Shown here piece by piece: positions 10,601 to 23,164 of a stretch of 64,000 bases of DNA (the first letter of the stretch is position 1; each line of letters starts with the position of its first letter). Source of the stretch: Lepidodermella squamata (taxonomy: Eukaryota; Animalia; Gastrotricha). A program made the position numbers and the translations under genes. Where the stretch lies: the NCBI GenBank assembly GCA_047495785.1, contig JBLDXI010000015.1:1674001-1738000 (forward strand), written 5' to 3'. Below the pieces are notes generated by a model. It saw nothing but the letters and a program-made list of their open reading frames with translations. It was not told the DNA's origin and did no database searches.

Positions 10601-13600
10601 TCACAGATTAGTTTCAATTTCATTTTCGCCAACCCCGCCTATTGCATCGCCACTACTGCTGGCCGGCGAGGTTGCAATGTAAGTCGTGGTCGTTGCGAAA
10701 GAAACGCTTCTCGTCATCAAAGCCTGGTGACTGCCAGCTCCAGAACTGCCGTGGCCTTCCCGCTTGACTAAACACCCGCTACTACTGGTGGCTGTGCTGT
10801 TCGCGGATCCGTTGCCTGCCTTCGTCCTGTAACCGCCATTGCCATTCAACTGCCCGCTACCGTACGTTGCCTCTCCGTTTTCACCTCCAGATTTCGAAAC
10901 CACAGATAGGGATTGAGGTTTCCGGGATACATTGTGATGGTGACTTTGAGAGGCTCGATGGTGCACGCCGTTGCTGTTGTGAGATGGGCTTATTTCTTGT
11001 GGATAATTGTGTGGTGAATGTGCGTGACAGTGACTATTTTTCAAGCTCGGACGACTCTTCAACAAAGGTTCGGAATCTTCTTCATCATCGTGTTTTTGGG
11101 CTCCGTTCGGGACATAGCCTGTTGTGCTGATTGAGTGCAAAATAGAAGGAGGTGATGGCAAGGCTCTGTGATGAAAAATGAAAGGGGTCAAAAATAAACA
11201 GATTGAATTTCAAGGGGTAAATCTTCCATCTCGATGTCGAATGACTCAGATTCTTTCAGTTGACAGTAAGAATCTCGTTGTCTTAGATTCAAATCAAATA
11301 TTCGAAACCAAGCAACATTTTAGGAAAAGTCTGACTTACGGTTTGCGAGGAGTCATAATTTGCTTTGTCGGAGTAGATTTCACAGATTTCAAAGGGATAT
11401 TAGGATTGCCAACTATGGGTGACTTGAAATTGACAACTGGCGAGTCAGCTGGATTATCGGGGCCAAAAGTCGTCTCTCGCTTTAGAGGTGTTCCAGTAAA
11501 TAAATGGGCCCTAAAACCAAAAGATTTTAAATGCAGACGTTGACTCGACGGAAATCTTACTCAAAAACCCGAAGTTGATTTCTAGCCCGTCGCAATTGCG
11601 CCTTCAAAAATTCGTGCTGAAACTGGCAGGCATGACTGGTACACGGCTTTTCTGATTGAAGCTTCCAAATCGCACCCGCCACTGTGTCTTTGAAGCTCAG
11701 CGATGCCCCCATGCTCTGAAAAAGAAAGTTTTTTCATTTATTGGCGATATGTTGCAAGACGATATATGTAGTGCAAAAACCAAAATCTTGTGAGTTTTTT
11801 GAAAAGTGAGGTTCTGGGTGTTTGCTGAACTACAATCGTGAGCAACACAAATTATATTTAGGTTACGCCTTACCCGTTGTCTCATTTTGAGACGGTGAGA
11901 TAAATCCTAAATTCGATCATGGGAGGGTTTATTTCCGAAAAATTTCGGACCTCAGAAAAATGACTTACAAGTGAAATTAATCCGCATAGACCGCATTTGT
12001 CTACTTTGCGAAGTTGCCGCCTTCCATATCTCACGTAAAGATGTTCGAAAAGCAGGAAGAAGGAGCAAGCTACCAGGCCAACGACCAACATAATGAAAGC
12101 TGAGGTGAAATTGAGAATGCCTAGCTCTTGACTTTGTGTCGATTCCTGTTTTTGCCTCTCTTTGCAAGCCCCGGTTAACCAGAATTCTTGCAGCTGCTGT
12201 AGATACCCGGTATGTTGGTAGTCTATTATGAATTTGTTGATTACTGGTAGCCATTTCGAGCCCTTCGGGAAGGCGATTCCATAGCCAGTCATCGCATACC
12301 ATTTACCAACAGTTCTTAACCGACATTCCTTATCTCGTCCGGCTTTATATTCAAGGACGGTAGCGTCATAGATGAAAGCATCAAGATCTCTGAAGAGGTG
12401 AAGCCTAGAATCATAAAACTTTATCCTAAAAGGCATACCCTTTCTTAACAGCCCACATCCCATCATCAGCGGTGCTTCGATTGTAAATTCGCATGTATTC
12501 ATACATATCAGGGAAATTGTGCTTGATAATGGCTTCTGTTGCTCCAGAAGGAATTGTTGCAAATTTCCAGGGAGGGTTCTTCGAAAAAGGATTCTTCAAG
12601 CGGAGATCATCGATTCCAGTAAAGTCGTAGAAGTCTTCTTTAGTAATCATGAAGGCAGCGAGCTGAAATGAACCAAGTCTCAAACTGGCATTTTGCGAAT
12701 AGGAAAACTTACATTGGCCATGTAGCTACTCATAAAAATGACGCAGAATACACCCCAGAAGCTAGCCATCAGCCGAGCGCCGATACCACGTGGAATATCG
12801 ACTTTGACAGCGGCTTTGAACAGCATAGCCCATACCAGCCAAAGTGATCGGAAAAGCGAGAACTTGTGAGCTGTAAAAGCAAATAAGTAACAAAGTGACA
12901 ACTGTTTGACCCAGATTAGAACTCAAAGCTAGAAGCTAAAATGAAAGAGATTTGTCTCACTACCAGACCAGACATGGGGGATGAGTTGAGGAAAATAAAA
13001 CCGAGAATTTTGATTTATCGAGTTGAACCAAACAAACCTCTCATCACTATCATTCCGTCGCGAAGCATCAACATTTTAATAATTGTTCAACAAGTGAAAA
13101 ACTTCACATTACAGCTGATGATGAGTGTTAACTTACTGATCGCTGAAGCTTGACCACGATCTAGGCCACGAGGGCTGAAATACTCGAACAAAAAGCAGGA
13201 TATGGCGCTGGCGTTAACGCATCCTATCAGTACAACCACCCAGGCACCAATTGAGAATGGCTCCAGGAATGCAACTGGAGAGATTACTCCCTCCCTGACT
13301 CGAACAAGAATCGTAATTCCTACAATAAAGAAGTAGTTTTGAAATCACACATAAGTCATGAAGAGTTTACCAGTCTCAAGGAAGGGAATCGAGAAGTCAA
13401 TAGCAGTACTTCGCTCCTTTGAAATTTTCAGAGATGTAACAACCATATCGGCATGGCCTTCCAGCAAAGCTTCGACTAATCCGTTCCACTTGCCAGTGTT
13501 TCGATCGATCGCTCCCCATTTACGATCATGGACTTCGTAGAGCTCGAAACGAAACCCAATATCGGTCGAAAGACGGCGTAGTAGATCCATGCAAAAGCCA

Positions 13601-16245
13601 ACGCAACACACCCAAGATCCATTGTTATGAATTTGTTGTTGTAGGGTTGATGACGAAGTTGGGCTTACGAAAGTGTAGGACGTAACAGCTCGGGGTTTTC
13701 CTGTCTCATTACTGTAACAAGGTCATTGGGGGTCATTTTCCTAGGTAACTCGGTATACTGACCTGTAAGTTCCAACCTCGCCTTGAAGAACCAGTGTCAT
13801 TGTGGCATTTAATTCGGTTTTGCTAACAATAACTGGGGACAATCGGCAAGGAACAGCCGTCCGAGGGCAAACGCCACTGATGGGGTCCGGGGGCTCATAC
13901 ACCACATACTGAAGGGATTAGCAAAATGATTGAAGAAAGAATGAGAAAGGGTGACAATTACCGGAGGCTCTTCTAGAGTGGCGATTTTCAAGATTGTAGC
14001 ATCAGGCCTGCCAGAAGGTGGTTTACCCGGGCCAGCTGGCCAAGTGATATCGTCCATTAGAAGCCCTAATTCTCGCGTCCACTCGCCAATCTTCTTCCAC
14101 TGCCGATTTGGATCGAGATTGAGCACGGTAACTGCTCCCAGATCGGTCAATCCACTGTCGTCGAACTTCGAACTCACTTGGTCAAACATTTTCACTGGAG
14201 TCCTTTTGATCAGTCTGTACACAAGTTGGAAAACTGTTAGCATAAGTCTTCAACAGTGGATGAAGTAGGATCCTCGAGGTGGGGTAAACGTGTAGGTATT
14301 TCCAGCCCAGAATTTATCTAACCAAAAGGCCCCCTGTGGTTTTTTGGGTTTTTCTCAGCAGGACCTCTCGAGGAGTACGATACCCCGTAAGTCCGGTACT
14401 TCGCACACTGCTCTTGAAAAAGAAGGTTGGAGTGAATAAGTGTGAACTGTATGCAAAATATGGCATTTTCTGTTATGATTAGACGGAAATACCGTTAGAC
14501 AACCTCAACAGGTAGCGTGGCCGAGTGGTCTAAGGCGCTAGATTTAGGCTCTAGTCTCTTCGGAGGCGTGGGTTCGAACCCCACCGCTGCCATTAGTTTT
14601 TGGCTATTTCATAACTAGGTCCATTAAAAGCGCAGCAGCAAGGACATTCCCAGCAAAAATGATGGCAGCGGTGGGGTTCGAACCCACGCCTCCGAAGAGA
14701 CTAGAGCCTAAATCTAGCGCCTTAGACCACTCGGCCACGCTACCTGTTGAGCTTGCCAGACGCTATTTACGTCTAATCTTCAAAGAGCCCTATCATATCC
14801 CACATTTAACTGTTAGAACACAAGGGTTTGGACATCAAGCTGTTCGAAATTCGATCCTTCCTAAACTTGAGAATTCGATGTAGGTAAACTCTAAAACCCT
14901 ATTTCAAGTCATTTTGACCTAAAATCTCCTTTATATCCTGGGAAAAGGCTATCTTACGAAATTGCAACTTCTCTCTTCGTGAATGATTCCGCTTAGAAAC
15001 GACTTACTTATGAAATGTCTCGCCCCATCTCCACTTCTTCAACGCCGAACCGTCGCACGGTATGCGCGGCGCAACTCGATCGATCGTAATATTCGGCATC
15101 TGTACAAACTTCTCCATCGCATCCGACCACAACTTGGTCGCCGCTTTCAAAGCTTCATGCTGAACCGCCAGCGTTGTATTGTACGTAATCGCTATCGTAC
15201 CAGGTATAAAATTCATCGATGGCGTCGACCGTTCGCCAGAATCGCCGAGAACCGGCTTGGCACAAATCCATAAATACTCGCCGCTTGTCATTCCCAACAT
15301 TCGAGCCTCTTCGAAAATATCGTTCGAAGCGCCATGGTCTGCGAATAGCACGACAATACGGGTGTCAGTGCTGTCGCGAAGGTCCATCAACTCGCCCCGT
15401 ATGACGTCACGCGATGAATTGGCTAATTTGACCACGCGAATGATACGCGATGACATATGCGATTGGTGCGAATCGAACGAAAATCGAGTGTACCGATTAT
15501 CCTCAGAATTGACAAGGTCGCGCAGTTCATTGATAAAGTACTCATTTCCGGCGGTTTGACTCGAAACCAGGATTGAAAACCGCCGCCATTGATATGTTGA
15601 TAGAAACGCGAAAATTGCATTGGCTTGCGCTCGGGTGGGCGGAGCGATCAAAAATCGGTAATTCGTCGCGCTATTCGTTGACGAGTCTTCAATTTCGTTC
15701 GACAAGCTCGACCAAGCAATTGTCGGTATCCCAGCTGTATCGGCTAGGGTTGTTATAAAATTCGCGATTCGAGTCCCGTCATCGCTTTGAATTGACTTGT
15801 CCACCAGAATGAACATTGCATTGATACCCTCAGCGGCTCTTGAGCAGAATAAATTTTGAGTGAGCTCGCCTAGGGACACTCCATTTGCGTAGACCGGGTT
15901 AACCCGAAGCCTGTAAGGTACGGACGGGTAATTCGTTTGCTTCCGAGTGGTTGATGTTGATGAGGTGAAATTCGCAGTTGATGACGTTGGGGATACTTTG
16001 TTCATGGTGGAAGATGTTGAACCTTTGCCAGCCGTAGTTCGTCTCGCTTGGTTGACTGCGAGAAATTGGCGCAGTTGTTCACGCGTTTTTGAGTCCGTCA
16101 ACGATTGGCTGGGCAGGACGAAGCCGATTGTCACGGTGACAGGCTGGCCCTGAGTCTGGGCTATAGCTGCTTGTTGATGGAGCGGCATTTGAGCAGTGGT
16201 GGCAGTGATGAGTGTCGAAATTGTCAAAACCGTTGATAGCTTCAT
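10601..16245 (-). CDS. NMDA-type ionotropic glutamate receptor, GluN2 (NR2)-like subunit, multi-exon
   Basis: Signal peptide MKLSTVL; ATD; CCVGFCMDLL; DMVVTSLKISKERSTAIDFSIPFLETG; WLVWAMLFKAAV; SYMANLAAFMI; AFIYDATVLEY; GKWYAMTGYGIA; C-terminal PDZ ligand ETNL. Confidence 0.93.
14511..14592 (+). tRNA. tRNA-Leu(TAG), intronic
   Basis: GGTAGCG..CGCTGCCA, loop TTTAGGC, long variable arm. Confidence 0.95.
14663..14744 (-). tRNA. tRNA-Leu(TAG), inverted identical copy, intronic
   Basis: Reverse complement of 14511-14592. Confidence 0.95.
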
Positions 16246-18730
16246 CGCTGAGTCGAAATTCGAGTGTAGAGCGATATTTGAAGTTCTATCATGAAATGTG
16301 TAACATTCTAGGCCATTCATAAAATAATCATCGAAATCAAAAAAGTAAAATCGAACATAGGCACAGGGAAGATCGCAAAAGCGGTGTCACGTGTAATAAA
16401 GGGAGGATTGGGTCATCCCCCATTCCTAACACAATTTCTACTACGAATCCGGAAATTTTAGAATTCAATTTAATTTAATCAATCAATTCTAGGAACTGTA
16501 CGTTGTTAAACAATCGATTAATTTGAAAAAAAACCAAGATTGGTGATTATGGATTTTTGGAATGATGCGAGGACATCATAATAATCATGAATTATTCGTT
16601 CGCCCAAAAATTCATTCTCAAAATGTTCGGCAGTTTCATAATTAATCCCAACAATTTAAATAAAATTCCTTGAATTTGTTGGCGAGAAGGCTTCCTCATG
16701 ACGTCGATAACAAGGCATTATTTGAATATTATTTGAAAAATTATTCGCAAAATTACGTTATAAATATTTCGCGTGCGATATTATGTTAAAATAGTAATGT
16801 TTAAGTTGGTCATCTCCAGGGAAATTCTGTTCTGCTAAAAAAATCAGTTAAAATTAAGACAGAGAAATAATTAAATAAAATTTAAATTGAGTTTAAAATT
16901 TATAAATTTCCTTATAAATTTGTCAAAAAATTGTGCACCCCAGTCTAAGAGTGATTAGTTTCCTCAACGGTTTTTAAGCTAACTAACTACTTGAGTTGGA
17001 GAGTGAAAATTATCGCACCTGTTCGAGCAGGATGGGTATGTATTATCGGCTCGCTAAATAGTGTGAAAATCCAGGATCCACGCATAGGTATTATATCACT
17101 GTCCACATGATGCCGCGCATTTAAATGTGACTCGGCCGCAAGTGGCCGCTGCCGCGCATTGCGCACGTGAGAATGCGGTCGAATTTCAAAATCACCGCAC
17201 AAACATAACGGCAAAAGCCATCATCTGCGCGCGCGCCAATCAATGCAGCAGTCATCATCGTGCTAAAACTGGAATACATACCGCATTGTTGTTCTATCAC
17301 AGAGCACTTTTCATCGGCGTAAAAATTTTACCAATTATTCTGCATTCAGGTATTATTAATTCATATTTGCCCATCAATAACAATAACAGAGGGTAAAATT
17401 TTAATTCTATTGTTGGCTGCTGGCCATATAATATTAAAACTGGAAGATAAAACTCACAATAAATATTTCGAAAAAATTTACAGTAGAAAACAAGCATTAT
17501 TACAATAGGCGACGATAATAGATCGAAAAATGCGCACGAGTACAGATTTCAAATCCCGCGAGATTGATTTGCAAACCGTGGATCAAGAGTAGCCATAAAT
17601 AATGCTAAATGATAATCAATAGCAATAATCATATGCATCTGTATTACGAAGAGGAATGTTTTTTGTGTTCAATAAACTATAGTAAATTCGAAAATATGGA
17701 GAAGAAAGAAAAATTGAGACTATATTCAGCATCGTAATTAAGGAAAATATCGAAAAATTGAAACAAAATTCGGGACAATTTGTTGTTTGCCTTAAAAATT
17801 TGATCAAGGTGGAAAATCTTAACTACAAAGAATGGAAAAGGAAAGTTTCTATTTTTATTTGGTTTCAATTGTAAATTAAATTGATTGGAAAATATTACTG
17901 AGTTTTAAAGCAAGTGAACATTTGCGGAAATGCGTTGACAATATAACTATGAGCGCGATTTTGGTGTCGACTTTGTTGACTGACGATATGTATAACAATG
18001 ATGAGGATGACAATAATTGCCATGATTGGCAAGGCATACACGGATCCTGTTCGTATACTTGTATGTATATATCAGAGGCCAATTTTCATACATTATCGTC
18101 AAGTTTATTTCTGAAAATGACGCGCGCAATTTTAGCGGAATAATTATTTGCGGCGACACCAGGCGCGCGCGCGCGCATTAAGGCGGTAGCAGTAATAAAT
18201 ACATAGCAATAATAATAAATCATGTGAAAAGCGCGCACACTTTGCATTTGATATATTATTATTGTAGATAATTTTATATTATGGCACTGATGACAAGTGC
18301 GCGCGACTTATTGCCGCGCTCGCCCAGTCACCATGCGAGGCCACTTCATTTCGGCAGCTCCCGCAGCTATGAACGCCTGTTATATTGTGTAATCCGCGAG
18401 TAATAAAATAGTCTTTATTATTGTAAACATTGGTAATCCCTATTTAAATGATATTTATAAGCGAATAGCAAATTCATGATCATAATATTGATATAATTGC
18501 GAAAAAATCGATTCTTTCATTCTTTGATCACATGATTTCTCGATATCTGTCCGAGAGTCTGAGTTCATAGTCCCTTGGAGCTTGAAGAGTAAAAGATTTG
18601 TAAGTGAAATGCTGGCATATATAGGAAAGCGGGAAACTCTGAATCTGGAACAGATGCATGATCCTATCCTTGATTTACTGCTTGGAGCCGTTCACAATAT
18701 AACCTCTGAAAATCACATATATGCAGCCGA

Positions 18731-18803
18731 GACTCCGTAGCTCAATTGGCAGAGCGTCTGACTCCAGATCAGAAGGTTGCGTGTTCACGTCACGTCGGGG
18801 TCA
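18731..18803 (+). tRNA. tRNA-Trp(CCA) with A58>C variant, possibly impaired
   Basis: Loop CTCCAGA; T-loop TTCACGT versus TTCAAGT in the copy at 44608. Confidence 0.85.
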
Positions 18804-19628
18804 AACATTTTTGTCAATTTCTACAAGATGTTTTTTTATAAAGATGTCGACTTATGTGTGCCAAAATGATTCGTCAAGAGTTTTTGCTTTTTTGGTCACT
18901 TGACCAGTTATTCATTAGTCAAGAGCTTTCTATAAGAAGTACGGCGTCTATTTCGAGTCTATACAGGGCTTCTATTTCAACCCAATTGACCTGTTCTTCA
19001 ATTTCGACGGGGAAAATAGGGAAAATATAGGTCCAACCTCCAACTCGGCGCTCCTTTAATCCAAACTTCCGGCCCCAGTGCTACGCTCAAATAGGTGCGG
19101 CAAGAGTCGAAGCCCGACCTTGATCATCAAGTAACAACAAGCCGAAAACTTATACCGGCGTCCGTTGGCGTTGGATGGTTTTTCAGTGCGGCCCGAAAAG
19201 TGAACTCTACATGTAAAATGTAAAATTGATTGTCTAAATCTGACTGATTTTTCTGCCACGATCGTGGTTTATACAAAATTGACATGGTCTGGTATCTACC
19301 GGAGCATAACATCAATGATTCAAGGAACTGCATTACTCGAAGTTGAATAGACAAAATGAGCCCAAGGTACTAAATCCGAAAAAACGAGTTAAGCCTTGAT
19401 GCTGCTTGGTTGGTCGGTAAACGTGACACCCAACCTTCCTTTCAAACTAATAGGAATTAAGCTATTACGTTTATAAGCTCCAGTTACGTTTATTATTATA
19501 TGCGCCGCGCGTGAATGGCTCACTCCTTACGTAATAATACAGCGGTACTTCATCTCCATCGGATTTCTGAACAAATACGGCTCTCAAAATTGCTCTCAGG
19601 GCAGCTGTAGCTTAATTCTTCTTAGGTA

Positions 19629-20242
19629 GGGTGGCTGTTTCTACTGTAGAAGCCTTTTTGGGTCCATGTTTAAACGTATAAACTGTGTAAACTGATATGA
19701 TATAGAAACTGGGTGCCAAAGACACCGATTTCATTTCCTTTTTATTCATAGCATAGTTTCGGCCCCACACAGATGTTAACAGTGGTGGCCTAGATCGTTC
19801 ATCTGGGCTTTTAAAAGTCTATGTCCACAACGTTATGGATTTTATTGCATTGCGGTCGCTCGGCTCCTCGTGCGATGTGTCGGAATCTTGACGAATTTTG
19901 ACCGGATTTGTGGAGTGCCTCTTCCAGCCACTACTATTTTATACAGATAGGTCATCTCGCCGACAAACCTCCGTTTTGTTAGGGGTTGCAGGGTCACACC
20001 ATTGCCGTAACGAAGCGTTGTTGCACGGCCTCAAGTCGTTGTAGCATCGCTTCGCTGGCTGCGAACGTGTAGGCCTCCTGTATAGATACATCAGCGTGAG
20101 GGTGATTCCTAAAACTCCAGTACTAAAGCCATGCTACCCAGCCTTGTTGTCACCCAGTTTCTACATCAAGTATAAACATATTTATGTAGTTTATACGTGT
20201 ACCCTTCAACCCAAGAAGATTTCTACAGTAGAACAGCCACCA
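19629..20242. mobile_element. MITE or non-autonomous DNA transposon with about 95-100 bp imperfect TIRs and TA flanks
   Basis: Left GGGTGGCTGTTTCTACTGTAGAA..CGTATAAACT..AGAAACTGGGTG is the reverse complement of right CACCCAGTTTCT..AGTTTATACG..TTCTACAGTAGAACAGCCACCA; TA on both sides. Confidence 0.75.
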
Positions 20243-20685
20243 TACATTTTTCATGTAACCAACGTCTTTTTCACATAATCACGTGGAATCTGATTCACGT
20301 TTTGAGTATGTATCACGTTTACGGACCAGCTAAGCGGAGAGAAAGTTTAAGAGCAATTTCATCGTTTTTTATCATTTCGTGTTGGCGAGGCGCATTACAA
20401 CAATTTGAACGACGGGGAGAGCGAGAAGTTAAGTAGATTCCGTTACGAGCGAACTGAAAGCCAGAATTTCGCGAATGAAGGCCCTCATTTTAGACTTATC
20501 ACGGGCTGTCTCTTCAAACCCTTTTGGCCTGCTTAACGTTCTCTGTCAGCCCTTGGGTGGGGTCCATAAGTATACTCTCTTGACTGAGTTTCCATCATTC
20601 ATTCTGAGTATCTGCCCCAAGTATTGTTTAGCCTGATTAATTTAATAATTTCATCTGGTTAAATATCTCTGATCGGCGTAGCATC

Positions 20686-21719
20686 ATGGCGAAACTGCAT
20701 CTGGCCGTAGCGATTATCTGTCAAACATTAGCAATCAGTAAGGCACTTACAACAATGATACTTGTAGGAGAGGTACCCTAGTAAATACTCCAGATCACTC
20801 GCTTACTTTCAAGCTTAACTTGAGGATGTAGAGTTCGGTCAGTGAATATTTAATAGACTACCTGATTAATCCAAATCTTGATCAAGAGTTCTCACGAATG
20901 TTCTGGAATTGGGCGCCGTTACTTCCTACTTGAAGTAATCTTATTTTTTTCAGAATCTCCTGAGCGTGAACTGGGAAAGTATCTGATTCGCACAGCTGAA
21001 GAACAGGGGACAGTAGGACGACCTGTCTCAGATGCGTAAGCTTTGCTTGCAATTTCCTTGTAACAAGATGATCTCAGTCGATCCTAACGTAGTTCTGAAG
21101 CTGTCAACGTGACTTTGGGGCTATATTTGGTTAAAATCATCAGCTTCGATGATTCAACTTACCTTGCAAAAATAGCATCGAAACAAATGATGACATGGAA
21201 TGACCCAGCTCTGACATGGGATCCGTCTCGCTTTGGAAAAGTTGATTCTATCATTCTACCGGCCAGGAAAGTTTGGACGCCTGATGTCACATTTGTCAAC
21301 GAGTTAGTTTGCTTTATTTGACTGATAAATTTGGTCCTAATAAGTCTATTAAAAATAGCTTCAATGGTGGAGCTGCTGATCAGAAGAACAATTTGTTGGA
21401 TGCTGATGTATCGGTTTCCCCTGACGGATCTGTCATTTGGATGTCTCGTCTAAATCACGAAGTACCGTGCATGAAATTATCCATTAATATATATAACTGT
21501 ACAATCAAAGCTGGCTCCTGGAATTACGATAATTCGCAGGTAGAGGTCAATTTTGCTGAAGGCATGGACAACGTTAACATGGATTTTATGGAACCTATTA
21601 CTCCGGGAATGGAACTGTTTGAAACTTCTGCAACGTACGAAGATGCTGAGTTTGGCGGGCTCATTTATCGCACGTTCTCATTTACATTTCGGATCGGTGC
21701 ATCTCATATCCGGGAATGA
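20686..21719 (+). CDS. Soluble acetylcholine-binding-protein-like (Cys-loop ligand-binding domain only), about 4 exons
   Basis: Signal-like MAKLHLAVAIICQTLAI; RPVSD, TWNDPALTWDP, VWTPDV, SPDGSVIW, CTIKAGSW; stop right after TFSFTFRI with no M1-M4; first exon less certain. Confidence 0.8.
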
Positions 21720-22005
21720 AAAAGTTCCCGGTTCCAACGGATTGAACATTTGTCGCCCCATTTCTGGTTTCGGCGGGAATATTGACCTCCTTATCTGGAT
21801 GGTTTTTATATTTTACATTATTTTTTAGAATAAAAATAGCTAGTAATTATAAGTAAACTAAATTCTAATTTCTATTTAATAAAAGCTAAAACTGCAAAGA
21901 TTCGATTATGCCTGAAATTGGGCTGTTTACACAGACTGACATCAGCGAAGAATCAAAAGCGCCAGTAAAATTGTGGAGGATGGGCTCGTGATCTTTTTTC
22001 AACCC

Positions 22006-22077
22006 GGCCTAGTGGCCTAATGGTAAGGCGTCGGCCTCCGGAGCCGGAGATTGTGGGTTCGAGTCCCATCTGGGTTG
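22006..22077 (+). tRNA. tRNA-Arg(CCG)
   Basis: Loop CTCCGGA; C72>T gives a G:U pair at the end of the acceptor stem. Confidence 0.9.
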
Positions 22078-22148
22078 CTACTTTTTCCCCTCCTTATTCA
22101 TCGCACTGGCTCTTCTCGGAAAAGCAACGATTTGCCTCGCCATCAGCC

Positions 22149-22227
22149 GGCTAAGTAGATCAGTGGTGGAGCATCTGTCTTGTAAAAAGAAGGGCACGGG
22201 TTCGATGTTCGATCCCCGTCTGGACCT
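22149..22227 (+). pseudogene. tRNA-Thr(TGT) pseudogene
   Basis: Multiple stem mismatches and a duplicated GTTCGAT in the T-arm. Confidence 0.85.
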
Positions 22228-22265
22228 CGGCTTCTCTTTTTCCCAATTGAAAAAATCAGTCTTCA

Positions 22266-22876
22266 ATTATGCCATGCATTTTAGGAATTACAGTAATGGA
22301 CTATATTCCCAACATCGATATCAGACTATCAATGTGTGGCGGAATAATTGAAGTCGGTAGATTAATTGAAAAACAACGGCTTAATTACCTAGGACATATA
22401 ATAAGGATGGAAACGTATGTCGATGATAAGGGTGACCCTATACGACCTTTACAGGTGGGTAGCGCCTAAGGAATGGCAGAGACCGGTGGGGAGACCTCGA
22501 ACTAGGTGGCTAGATTCGGTAGAAAGAAGTCTGAGAAGAGTGGGTCTTACAACCGAAAATATAATAAGGAAAAAAACTGACGGGTCCCGTGGCAGACCTC
22601 GTAAAGATGGTAGCAATATAACCGAAATTATCGAAATAACTGTTGACTGGACATTGACCGAAACAACTGCACTAGATCGAGACGAATGGCGTAAAATTGT
22701 CGAGACTTTGGAAAATTTTGAATTTTACAACAAAAGCAAGATACTTTCGGACGTGGGGGCGGGTGACAGATTCGTTTGGTTTGCTTTGCCTTCGCCTTCC
22801 TCAAAACCCGAAAGGGTATAGACACTCAGTCGCGGGGAAGAGAAACAAATAAATCATTTTCATTTTCATTTCATTT
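22266..22876 (+). mobile_element. 5'-truncated RTE-like non-LTR retrotransposon
   Basis: ORF2 C-terminal motifs QRLNYLGHIIRM, RPVGRPRTRWLDSV and ALDRDEWRKIV (frameshifted); (CATTT)n-like tail; 10-bp TSD TCAGTCTTCA at 22256-22265 and 22877-22886. Confidence 0.9.
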
Positions 22877-22915
22877 TCAGTCTTCATAAGATTAGAATCG
22901 AGGGTGACCACAAGC

Positions 22916-22989
22916 GCCTCCTTGGCTCAGTTGGCTAGAGCGCCAGTCTCATAATCTGGAGGTCGTGAGTTCGATCCTCAAAGGGGGCA
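22916..22989 (+). tRNA. tRNA-Met(CAT), one T-stem mismatch
   Basis: Met body with CTCAA instead of CTCAC. Confidence 0.85.
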
Positions 22990-23164
22990 GCTTCCATTTT
23001 TATCAACCAAATAACTCGTATTTGGCGAGCAGATTCATATTGGTCTCCGGTAAATTGAAACAGAACGATCACAAAGTTTGCAATTTATTATTAATATTAG
23101 TAAGCTGTTTTTATTAATAAAGGAATCACCGAATTAATTATTGGTCATTTCAGTTTAACTTTTC

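Noticed and set aside
17100-18330. GCGCGC-rich patches and AT-rich ORFs upstream of the NMDA receptor
   Set aside because: Probably promoter or 5' intron sequence; no specific element can be supported
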